Assembly: GCF_006345805.1 (NCBI RefSeq)
Contig: NC_042999.1
Coordinates: 97,588,001 to 97,652,000 of the forward strand
Direction of reading: 5' to 3'
DNA length: 64,000 nt
DNA from: Octopus sinensis
Lineage: Eukaryota
Under the pieces are notes generated by a model. That model was not told where the DNA came from. It searched no databases and worked only from the letters and a program-made list of their open reading frames with translations. The position numbers were made by a program, and so were the translations under genes. Of this stretch, positions 14,150 through 25,505 are shown piece by piece. How positions within the stretch are numbered: position 1 is the stretch's first letter; the number at the start of each line of letters is the position of its first letter.

Positions 14150-15630
14150 AATCATCATAAACAAGATTAGAGGAACAAACACATCAAAATCTTGAATGCG
14201 ATGCAGTAGCATAATGCTATCAAGAAAGAAGCCTTGAGCCAGCTTGAAGAAATCAATCCATTGATCCAGAAAAATGAAAAGCAATTCTGCATAGACAAAT
14301 AACTAAACATAATCCTTGAGAAATTCTTGAAAGAAATCATACCAGAAGGATTACAATTGGTACTTGAAAACAACTGATTCTTTTTTGATAAGCAAAATTA
14401 TCTTCAAATATAAAGAAAAACAATGGACACAGTAGTCCCACTTCCTCTTGCAACATTAATGATAAGATGTTTAGAAATTGAAAAATCCAGTCTGAGATTA
14501 TTTTTGAGTGTTTCAAATCTTGTTTAAAAGAAAAATGGAAAAGCCTTCTGGATAACTGCTTTATATTTTAGAAGAGAATTGAGGTAGACTACAAAATTCC
14601 ATAAATTAATCAATAACGTTCATGAATCAATCCAATTCACAATAGAAATAAATGAAAGGGAATTTAATTTCCATTTCTGAACATTTTAGTAATTTAGAAA
14701 AATGAGACAATTATAATCAATCACTACTGCAAAGACATGGACAGGCACCAATAGCTAAAGTTTAGATCCTGACACCCATTCTGCACTAAAAAAAATATCC
14801 CATTTAACATGGCAAGGCATGTAAGAGTAGTATTTATAGACTCAACTAGAAAAGAAAGAGAGAACTAAAAAAAAAAAATCTTTCAGGAACCAAAATAACT
14901 GAAAAAATATAAAACACCATAACCAAAGCAAAACAAATCCTAACCACTGGTTTATGGAGAATCTCTCACAAGGAGGAGAACACAGAAATTTTACAATTGT
15001 AGTCACCCACAACCTCGTAAATCACAACAGCCAAAAAATACTTTCCAATACAAACCTAAGGGAAACTGCAAACCTTAAAAGACTCTTAACAAAGATGATA
15101 TTCACATCAGAAGAGGAATGTTTCATGCAATGAACATCTAGATCTTTGTTCAGTTAAAAATATTCTCTTTTTATGGAAAAAAGGAACAATTATTAAAGGC
15201 AAAAGAAGACTATTTTATAAAGATCTTCGATCTGAAATTAAACCAGAAATAATAACCACTACCAAATGCAGTTCCTACTATACAGATAACAACCTAGAAA
15301 TTTTTACTTTATACTAAATGTGTTTGAAAAGCTGAAGACAGCAAAGGCACTCACACATAAACTCTACTCATTCAAATCTATGTTAATATGCTGTTTTTCA
15401 AGATCTCTTTTTGTTATAAATGATTAATAATTTTTAATTAAAAAAATTTCATATATATTAGTTGAAATTTACAGAAAAACAAAAGATGAAGACAGGTGTA
15501 TGAACAACAAGCAGATGTATTAGTTTGATTCTCTGGAAGGTGAGAAAATCTTTTACATTTTGAGCCTATACTCTTCAACAGGAAGGAATACGAGGAAATA
15601 AACAGAGAGAATTAGAAAAAAATGTAGATT
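14150..15630 (+). mobile_element. Degenerate Penelope-like retroelement (RT plus GIY-YIG C-terminus) with terminal repeat remnant, antisense in ASB intron
   Basis: Conceptual translation: LQLVLENN*FFFDKQNYLQI*RKTMDTVVPLPLATLM (14347-14460), NVHESIQFTIE (14615-14647), HPFCTKKNIPFNMAR (14772-14817) and KEDYFIKIFDLKLN (15202-15243). These follow the Penelope RT/thumb/GIY-YIG motifs. Confidence 0.8.
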
Positions 15631-15640
15631 TAGCAATCAA

Positions 15641-15671
<31 letters not shown>

Positions 15672-16766
15672 CTCATCATCTTGTTTTAACATTCAGGTTT
15701 CCATGCTCACATGGGTTGTCCGGAAGATTTTCTACAGCCAGATGCCCTTCTGTTACTAACCCTGACTTATTTCCAAGTAAAGTGATATTTTCCCTGTGAC
15801 CAACATGGGTCAGAAGACTGAGAATGAAGGACACCCCTGGCATGACAGTGATACTCGCTTACAAAGATGATGTAATGTACCACACACATACATACATACA
15901 TACATACACACACACATGCACACGCATACATGACAGGCTTCTTTCAGTTTCCATCTATCAAATCCGTTCACATGGCTTTGGTCAGCTCAAGGCTAAAGTA
16001 GAAGACACTTACCCAAAGTGCCATGTGGTGGAACTGAACCTAAAACCATGTAGCTGTGAAGCAAACTTCTTACAACAAAGCCATAGCATGGAAAACGGAC
16101 ATTAAACGATGATGATGATATACATATATATATGTATATATACACACACATATCTATAAATATATATATGATGTACATATATATCTTGCTCAAATGATAA
16201 AATGATCACCTAAGTTGTGTTAGCTCTTGTTGAACCCTGAAGAAGTCCTATGATAATATAGTATGAATATGGCAACTTCCTTGGCTTTAAACGATATGCT
16301 AGGAGATTCCCATCAACTACATGGTATGACAGAAACATATATGTAAGTTCTTCTTATGTTTTTCTTAATTTTTTTTGAGCTTCAAACTTCCAGTCCATTT
16401 ATTTATTTATTTGTAATGTTTTTTTCTCTCAAAAGAATGTCATCTTTCTACAACATGCAAATAAATCAGTAATTACATTCATTTATTCTTCATTTTCTCC
16501 TCTTTGTTTATCCTTCAATATATAATGTATATATACATCTATACATTATGCATGTCTCTGTGTTTCACTCTCACCCTGGTAATTTTAGCAATTCAGCAAA
16601 ATGAGCCCAGCAGAATAAATACTTGACTTAAAATATTGGGCTTGATTTGATTAACTAAACCCTTTAAGGTGGTACCTCAGCTTGGCCACACAATCCAGTG
16701 ACTAAAACAAGTAAAAAAAAATATAAATAAATAAAACAATAAAATAATATGAAAGAAGCTACTTAC

Positions 16767-17410
16767 TCAAGCAGTAATTCTACTGTTTTTACGCATTTCA
16801 CGCTGCATGCTGTCCACAAAGCTGTCCGCTTATCTTTATCAGTCACATTGACATTAGCACCACCTTTCAGGAGTCGGTGAACTCCCTGAGTAAAGTTCAT
16901 CCGTGCAGCATACACCAAAAGAGGTTGAGTATTTTTCTCAGAGAAATAAGACGTTGAGTCCAAATTCAAAAGCTTTCCACATCTTTCATGAAAGTCCATT
17001 AATGCATGGAAAACAGAGAACTGACGTTTGTACATGGCCCAAGCAAGAAGACATGACATTTTCACACTCTGATTGATGTCATGGCTAAATCTTTTTGAAT
17101 ATAGCATTTCCTCTAGAGTTTCTTTGTCTCCACAACAAACAGCTTGGCATAACTGTTTAAAGGCCACAGTTGTGTCTTCACTGTTGGTATAGCCAAATTT
17201 GTGAGGGTTGTTGATGTTTGCTTTGGCCCTGCATAGCTGTTGCTCAGTTGCAAATCGGCAATATTTGATCTGGCTATGACTAACAGGTAACTTCTGTTTG
17301 TGCGGGCAGTTACGGGAATAAAGGATTTCCTTTGGGTAGATTTGAAGGCAACGAAAGCATTGGTGAGTGGATGGTTGAATGGGTTGTGGTGAAACCAAGA
17401 AATAATCCAT
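16767..17410 (-). CDS. ASB-family (ankyrin repeat and SOCS box) protein, large coding exon: N-terminal Cys/His-rich segment plus ankyrin repeats
   Basis: ORF 16763-17410 contains ankyrin-like units (QPLLVYAARMNFTQGVHRLLKGGANVNVTDKDKRTALWTACSVKCVKTVELLL). Acceptor ttttttcag|CT starts the exon at 17421, 11 nt before the ATG. Donor GA|gtaagt ends it at 16767 (phase 2). Confidence 0.9.
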
Positions 17411-17689
17411 TGTTTGGATAGCTGAAAAAAAAAAAATAATAATAAAAAAATTGCAAGACAGTTACAATACCAGTGATCATAAGAGCACTTGGAATTATCA
17501 AGAAGGGAACTGAAATTTATTTGAGGATGATTCCTGGCTAACCATCCTTGTAGGAAGTGCAAAAGATTGTCTTAACTGGTACATCACATGTATTGAGAAG
17601 AGCATTGTTGCTGTGACGAAATACCGCTAAGCATTTCGCCCGGCGTGCTAACGTTTCTGCCAGCTCGCCACCTTATACAGATAGTATGG

Positions 17690-19480
17690 TACCATTTGCT
17701 GCAGACAGCAAGCCTGCTATGCATGCAAGACTCCAGGAGTTACAACAAAACCTGAAATAAGAATAAACAACAACAGCAAGAAGAAGAAGAAAAACAATTA
17801 ACTAGACATCGCATTCTTGAAAGAGTTGTTCTATGCGGCTGCTACAGCCTCCAAAGATGTGTAGGTTAAAACTGAAAAACAGAGTTGCAAATCCTCATAA
17901 AAGACCTATGTGGCAAGAAAAAGAATCAAGAAACAAATTAATGCTTGCTGATCTGATATAGAAACATTGAAAAACTTAAGCAATAATCATAATATAAAAT
18001 CATCCAAGAAGAGAAAGATAATGTGAAAATATGAATTAAAGTCAAAACAATTTTCTGAAGTAATGGAGAAGATAAAACAAAAAGTGCTGGACAAAGCTGT
18101 ACACATATGTTACTTTGAAAGACAATTCTGTTTTTTCAAGGATAACAGCATGTTTAAAAATGACTCAAAGAAGTTCTATAGACAGACTGGAAAGATCACC
18201 ATCAAAATAAAAGTTTCCTTAGAACATGAAATACTTGAGTTCTGGAGTAAGGTTTGGACAGATGAAAAGGAGCATAAATGTGATATTCCATGGATTAACA
18301 AGACATTGTGCTTATACAAAAAGAAATACAGGAAGAGGTCAGTGCAGAAGATACCATACTTATACAGAAAAAGTTCACTAAATGGAAGTCACTTGGTATA
18401 GATAAGATCCCAAACTATTAGCCTAATATGTTGATAAACTCGAAGGAACCACAAATGAACCCCAAAAAATGCTGAAACAAAAAAACTCCTAAAAATTACA
18501 GACCCATAACAAGCCTAATAACAATGTTCGAGATCCTTACATTTGTTATAGTGGAACACATGTATACTTCCCTCATGAACAATATTTCCCCTAATGAAGA
18601 GAAAATCTGTAAATCTAGGGCTTATGGATATAAGGATCAACTGTTAATAAACAACTGCAGGCACTACTACACACAATCAAACAATTTAGTGATGACATCA
18701 AAATGGAATTTGGGCTGTACAAATGCACCAAAGCTACATTTGCCATGGTAAAAACCATCAAACATGCATAAGCACACTAGATAGAGATACAAAGATAAAA
18801 GTATTAGATCCTGAAAGGAGTTATAATTATCTAGGGAGTATGTGAAGGAGAGGGGATTAAGCACTCACTTATGAAATAAAAAATAAGGAAGGAGTGCTAT
18901 CAGAGAGGAAGGAGTGAACCAGAAACTGAGAGGTCAGGATCATTTCCTTCCAACTAGAAATTACCAGAATAATGTCCTTAAACATGAAATCAGCCTATCA
19001 TACAACATATGTGGAGAGCATCAAGAGACAATCAACCACATAATCTCTGGATGCAGCTAACTGCTACCAACAGAACAGTTGCAAAGACATGACATGGTTA
19101 GTCAATATGCTGCACAAAGATTACCATCCTTTAGAATTTCAGTGTTCAAATTGATCAGGAAATACAGGCTAACCAACAAGATATTATTGTGAAAAATCAG
19201 ATTGAAAAGACTGGCTGTTTGATTCATACTGCAGCTCCAGCTAACAAAAACACATCTCTGAAAACATTTGAGAAACTGAGCAAATATAAGGACCTGGAGA
19301 TTGAAATTAGAATAATGTGGTATTGCAAAGCAATAACACTACTTGTTATTATTGGGGCACTTGGAATGATATTAAGAGGAGCAAATAAATAAGTAGACCA
19401 AATCTCTGTGAAATGCAAAGGATCATACATATTCTGCATAAATTCGTTTCCATGTAAATGCAACCTTACTCATTCTGCTT
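17690..19480 (+). mobile_element. Degenerate R4/Dong-like non-LTR retrotransposon with restriction-like endonuclease, internally deleted
   Basis: NYRPITSL..EEKICKSRAYGYKDQLLIN (about 18500-18650), DIKMEFGLYKC, HIISGC (about 19040) and KLSKYKDLEIEIRIMW..VIIGALG (19270-19370). Confidence 0.8.
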
Positions 19481-19616
19481 TGTTTTTCTCCCAGAGATAT
19501 CAGTGCTTTTAATTGCAGAGCGCCTCACTTGTTAGCATCATAAGATACAAAACCTTGCTGTCCCTCGACATCTCTCATTGTAATTTTTTTACAACTCATA
19601 TAGCAAAGCCAAAGCA

Positions 19617-19619
<3 letters not shown>

Positions 19620-19650
<31 letters not shown>

Positions 19651-20395
19651 GTCATCATCATCATCATTTAACGTCTGCTTTCCATTTTGGGCGATTTGAC
19701 TGAGGACTGGCAAACCAGATGGTTGCACCAGACTCCAATCTGATCTGGCAGAGTTTCTACAGCTGGATGCCCTTCCTAATGCCAACCACTCCGAGAGTGT
19801 AGTGGGTGCTTTTACATGTTACCGGCACGAGGGCCAGTCTGGCAGTACTGGCAACGGCCACGCTCAAATGCTGTTTTTTATGTGCCATCTGCACAGGAGT
19901 CAGTCCAACAGCACTGGCAACTACCTCGCTCAAATGTTTTGTTCACGTGCCAGTAGGGTGACACAGGTAACGATCATGCTCAGATGGTGCTTAATAATAA
20001 TAATAATAATAATAATATAATAATAATAGTCATCATCATCATCATTTAACGTCTGCTTTCCATTTTGGGCGATTTGACTGAGGACTGGCAAACCAGATGG
20101 TTGCACCAGACTCCAATCTGATCTGGCAGAGTTTCTACAGCTGGATGCCCTTCCTAATGCCAACCACTCCGAGAGTGTAGTGGGTGCTTTTACATGTTAC
20201 CGGCACGAGGGCCAGTCTGGCAGTACTGGCAACGGCCACGCTCAAATGCTGTTTTTTATGTGCCATCTGCACAGGAGTCAGTCCAACAGCACTGGCAACT
20301 ACCTCGCTCAAATGTTTTGTTCACGTGCCAGTAGGGTGACACAGGTAACGATCATGCTCAGATGGTGCTTAATAATAATAATAATAATAATAATA
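19620..20395. repeat. Tandem duplication, 378-bp period, bounded by (AAT)n
   Basis: 19651-19992 is repeated at 20029-20370; the duplicated ORFs are offset by 378. Confidence 0.92.
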
Positions 20396-20554
20396 AGGGT
20401 TTCAAATTTTGTCACAAGGGCAGCAGTTTGGGGGGAGGGGATGAGTTGATTGCATCAACCCCAGTCTTCAACTGGTACTTATTTTATCAACCCCAAAAGG
20501 ATGAAAGGCAAAGTCGACTTGGCAGAATTTGAACTCAGAACGTAGTGACAAATA

Positions 20555-21117
20555 ATAATAAATGCTCTGATGCAGTACCAGGCAGTGGCTCTCCTGGCTT
20601 TCAATCTTAAATGATTGGTTGTGTTATTGTGTAATGTTTTGTCTTGGTATAAAAGATGGGCTACAGTAAATATTCTGCTCAATGATACAGATTTGCTTGT
20701 CAGTTTTTTAACCTTAACTAGTTGAGTATGTCCCTTGGTGGTTGATGATAAGTATATCTCTGATCATGAGCAGAAGTAGTGGGGAGCATCATAGCCATGT
20801 GTTGAGAGGAATTCCTTGGGGTTTAAATTATTCACCTCTTGAAACATGGGTATTTCATTCATCATCCTTAAACAAACCTCATTTATGATTTTTTGAGTGG
20901 GATGGGATACTTGACCTGAAGAAATTTTTAACTGGGACCCACATGTGAGGTCATGCGCTGTTTATCTTGATATGAGATCGCCATGTCACAGACATATGGT
21001 TGTGATGGATGTGCCTGGAGTGCCCTTATCAAACAGGTAGTCATGATGGATATACTGGGCTTTGTATATTTTACCCCAGTGTCACTTTGATGGCATGCAC
21101 TGCTCTCTCACTCAATA
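20555..21117 (-). mobile_element. About 560-bp interspersed repeat ending in an (ATT)n tail (SINE/LINE 3' end)
   Basis: GC-balanced non-coding block terminating at (aat)n on the plus strand; family assignment is not possible from sequence alone. Confidence 0.4.
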
Positions 21118-22100
21118 AGGAGGAGGACAGGAACAAGAACAGAAGTTTCTGATTTAGGCACAAGGCCAGCAAATTTAAAGGAGGCAATTAGTTAAATTGA
21201 CCCCAGTATTTTATTATCAACAAAATGATTAAAGGTAAAGTCAACTTCAGTGAGATTTGAACTCAGAACCCTGCCAAAATGCAGGTCTTGTGCCTAAATT
21301 ACAAGCAAGCATGCAAACAAATAAACAACATTTTATAAGATAGACAGATCTTATAAAATTACCTTTTCTGGTCATTTTATAAGGAGGGGGAGGAGGAAAA
21401 TGAAGAGGAAGAATGGGAATGAAGAGGAAAGGGCAGAAAAGGAGGTGCAGAAGTGGAGCAGGAGAGTAAGAGGGAGAAAAGGAGGAGGATGAAGAAGTAG
21501 AAGATGAAGAGGAGGGGAAGAGGAAGACGTGGAGGCAGGAGAGGACTGCCTAACAGTTATATAGTTTCAGAAAAGATCTTTACGAGTAATTTAAAGTCTT
21601 CGAGATCATTTTATAGAATAACAGATGTTATGGGAAAGTTATATTGACCTTATAAATTTATATTGAATAAATGTAACAAGCACAAAGTTTGAAGGAAATA
21701 ACCATTTTCCATACTTTCTAGGGATAAGCAAATAAGAAATAACAGTTGCTACCCAAGGACAGAAATTGTGTTACAATGTCATGTGGAAACCAAAACCACG
21801 TAGCTGCAAAGCCACATGGTATCAGCTTCAGTTCCATGCTATGCACCACAGGTGTCATCTATTACAGCCTCAGGCTGACCAGTGTCTTGGTGAGTGAATT
21901 GGTAGATGAAAATGTAAGAAACCTTCACTGCATGTGCATGTATGTGGCCAGGTGTATGCATGTGCTTGTGTCAACCCCTTGTCTTGATATTTATGCATCA
22001 GGTGTAAAAAACAAAGTCAATATTCATATAAACAGTGTCATTTGTTAATAGAAAACATGTCCAACCATTGATCTATTTGTTGTTCAAAGGACTAGGGAAA

Positions 22101-22326
22101 TATTTATTTCTTTACTACCCACAAGGGGCTAAACACAGAGAGGACAGACAAACGGATTCAGTCGATTATATCGACCCCAGTGCGTAGCTGGTACTTATTT
22201 AATCGACCCCGAAAGGATGAAAGGCAAAGTCGACCTCGGCGGAATTTGAACTCAGAACGTAACGGCGGACGAAATACGGCTACGCATTTCGCCCGGCGTA
22301 CTAACGTTTCTGCCAGCTCGCCGCCT
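22101..22326 (-). mobile_element. tRNA-derived SINE, young copy of the most abundant family
   Basis: Reverse complement of ggcgagctggcagaaacgttag..gttctgagttcaaattccgccgaggtcgactttgcctttcatcc..gtagtaaagaaata. CpGs are retained. Confidence 0.8.
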
Positions 22327-22477
22327 AGGGAAATATTATCTTACTTGAAAACAGGTAAGGGTTGGTGACAGGGATAGTATCTGACCAGAGAAGATCTGCT
22401 TCGATAAATGTTGTCTGACCTATACAATTATGAAACGGTGGATGTTAAAAACAATGATGTTGGGGACGATGATAAGG

Positions 22478-22710
22478 TGGCGATCTGGCAGAAACGTTAG
22501 CGCACTGGACAAAATGCTTAGCAGTGTTTCGTCTGCCGTTATGTTCTGAGTTCAAATTCTGCCGAGGTCGACTTTGTCTTTCATCCTTTCGGGGTCGATA
22601 AATTAAGTACCAGTTACGCACTGGGGGGGTCGATGTAATCGACTTAATCCATTTGTCTGTCCTTGTTTGTCCTCTCTGTGTTTAGCCCCTTGTGGGTAGC
22701 AAAGAAATAG
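22478..22710 (+). mobile_element. tRNA-derived SINE, same family
   Basis: Same sequence as 22101-22326 in the opposite orientation. Further copies at about 2915-3130, 20400-20550, 25545-25950, 27330-27480, 33935-34165, 38025-38685, 40075-40290 and 52230-52380. Confidence 0.8.
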
Positions 22711-23706
22711 TTGGGGATGATGATAATAATAATAATGAAGGGGAGGAGGAGGAGGAAAATGAAGAGGGAGGGAAGGTGGGAAGGGGAGGAGGGGGAATGA
22801 AGAGGAAAGGGAAGAAAAAGTGCAGAAGTGGAGCAGGAGAGGAAGAGGGAGAAAAAGAGGAGGATGAAGAAGTAGAAGATGAAGAGGAAGAAATGGAGGT
22901 AGGAGAAAAGGACTGCCAAAGTTATATAGTTTTAGAAAAGATCTTTATGAGTAATTTAAAGTCTTCGAGGGTCAACTTTGCCTTTCATACTTTCGAGGTC
23001 AATAAAGTAAGTACCAGTTGAGTACTGGGTCACTGTAATCGACTAACCCCTGCCCCAAATTTCAGGACTTGTGCCTATACTAGAAAGGATTTATGTAAAT
23101 CTAGATCTCCACTTCGGTTCAGAAACCAGTATATACCAACTGTTATTAGGAAGACACTTAAAAATTTGAAGTACATACCTATCACTTACAGCCACCTGCG
23201 AGCAACTATAAATATTTTCATTAAAAAATAGAACAAGTTTATCCAGTATTTCATTTGATAGGTCTTCCTTTGAACAAAAAGATTCCCTAAGTATAATGAA
23301 GCATTCAAGTATAATGAAGCATTCAAGTACAATGATTTTAAAGATAAAATTACATAAATGAATATAATATCAAATGTCAGACACAGAAAAATAGATCATG
23401 TACAATTATTTGGCTTAATGCTCCATTTAGTATTAAAGTGAATACAAATATTGTTAAATATTTCTTTACCTTATGAAATAGATATTTACCATAAAACACT
23501 AATGTCAAATTAAGTTTCATCGGCACACACAAATTTGCTACAAGAATAGCATGTGTTAATAGTAAAAATCTTAAGCAGCTACCAATATTCAATTCTTCCT
23601 GTTCATACAAATGTTTTAACCACATACATTATCCAATAGATAATTTGTCTTTCAATTTATGATATTATTATGTAAAAATATTTACAGCTAATAATTCGCT
23701 TTCTGT

Positions 23707-24010
23707 GGACGCACAATGGCCCAGTGGTTAGGGCAGCAGACTCATGGTTGTAGGATCGCGGTTTCGATTCCCAGTCAGGGCGTTGTGAATGTTTATTGAG
23801 CGAAAACGCCTAAAGCTCCACGAGGCTCCAGCAGGAGGTGGTGGCAATCCCTGCTGTACTCTTTCGCCACAACTTTCTCTCACTCTTTCTTCTGTTGGCT
23901 TGCTCGCTTAGCCAGTGGGGTGGCATCATTTGAAAGCTAATACAATGCGAAGCACATTGTGAGCAGCAACGTGTAGCAACATCTGATAGCCTGGTCGGTC
24001 ACGTGATCAC
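23707..24010 (+). mobile_element. tRNA-derived SINE of a second family
   Basis: A box tggcccagtgg and B box ggtttcgattcc are followed by a non-tRNA body; no tRNA acceptor-stem closure. Confidence 0.7.
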
Positions 24011-24284
24011 ATAAATTCACTTTCTAAAGATAATATATGACCAAAAATCCTTTTAAGTTAAGATTCAACTTCAATATGTTTTAAGAAATCTTGAAGTTTA
24101 TTAAACTGCTATTTAACATTATTATAAGACTACTAGTAGTAATTTGATAACCTACAAGTTAGTCAAACTACTGTTTGAAAGATATAAGGACATATAATAA
24201 TAAAAATATTTCTGATTTTTGTGCCTGGGAGGGTAACTTTCTAGGTGCAATCCCACGGTCAGTCATGACCGAAGAGGGTCTCAG

Positions 24285-24320
<36 letters not shown>

Positions 24321-24607
24321 ATATTACGACCTGACTGGTTCCCGTGCTGATGGCATGTAAAAAGGGCCATCCAAATGTGATCGATGCCAGGGCCACCTGA
24401 CTGGATCCTGTACCAGTGGCATGTAAAAAGCACTCACTACTCTTGAAGTGGTTAGCGTTAGGAAGGGCAGCCAGCTGTAGAAACATTGCCAGATCAGATT
24501 GGAGCCTGGTGCAGCCGCTGGCTTCCCAGACCTCAGTCAAACAGTCCAACCCATGCCAGCATGGGAAATGGATGTTAAACAACGATGATGATGGTGATAT
24601 ATATATA

Positions 24608-25505
24608 CAGGTTGCATAGAAAGTAAATAGGCATAAGAAATTGCTTATAGAATTTTTAGTATCACTGAAGTCATGATGAAAACATTTTAAAACAGACAAC
24701 AGTAATGGGGATTTATTGTCTTATTGCTTATTTTCCAGATAGTCGGTCGCTTGACTGTTCAGGAGCAATCTAAGATAGCAGCAAGCTAAGATAGCAGCAT
24801 GCTATGAAGTGTGGAATTCTGTTGTTTTGGCTCAGAGATGGAAGTGTGCATGGAAAGGTAAGCAAGTAACACTACATCCGGATACAATGAAAAGTTGTCA
24901 TGTAAAGCTGATGACCACGGGCTCTGTGAACAATGCCAGAAGTGACCATCCAACCACATCCCAATCAGGGGAGAACATGACAACAGTGCAGGAAATGTTT
25001 AATCGCAGCTCACAAAAATCAACATGTCAAGCAGCTCGTGAAAGTGGATTAACAAGACACACAATACATATGGTGTTACAGAAAGAATTGAATTTTCATC
25101 CATGGAAGCCCCATTACACGCAGGAGCTAAAACCTGATGGTAGGATGCAGACCTCATGAATGGCCTCCAAGAAGTCCAGATCTCACTCCGTGTGATTTTT
25201 AACTGTGGGGTTACACAAAAGAGGAGGTGTACATGATAAAACCTCACACACGGGAGGCCTAAGAGACACGGATTCAGGAGGTTCTCAGTGATATCCCAGA
25301 CGACGTCCTTCAGAATGTTGTTCATTCCATCTCTGGCTGTTTAAGGAAACTGGTTGACGCCACCGGTGCTTACGTTGAAATATGAAGATTTACTTTCATT
25401 TTCCCATGTAATAAAGAACATGTATCATTTGTTTCAATAAATTTGTAAAAGGAATATGGATTTTATTACCAATTTTTAATACCTACTTACTTTTCACCCA
25501 CCCTG
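24608..25505 (+). mobile_element. Internally deleted Tc1/mariner-family DNA transposon
   Basis: N-terminal HTH region TGSVNNARSDHPTT..RESGLTRHTI..KELNFHPWKPHYTQEL is fused to a C-terminus (DLTPCDF...KLVDATGAYVEI*). Diverged TIRs (ta-cagg..gaaagtaa.tagg versus cctacttacttttcacccaccctg-ta) are flanked by TA. Confidence 0.8.

Noticed and set aside
22692-23021. 109-aa acidic ORF
   Set aside because: Translation of a GA-rich low-complexity repeat with no splice context.
23707-23775. tRNA-gene-like A/B boxes (also at about 39890-39956 and 55853-55920)
   Set aside because: No closed acceptor stem, and each continues into a SINE body; treated as SINE heads rather than tRNA genes.
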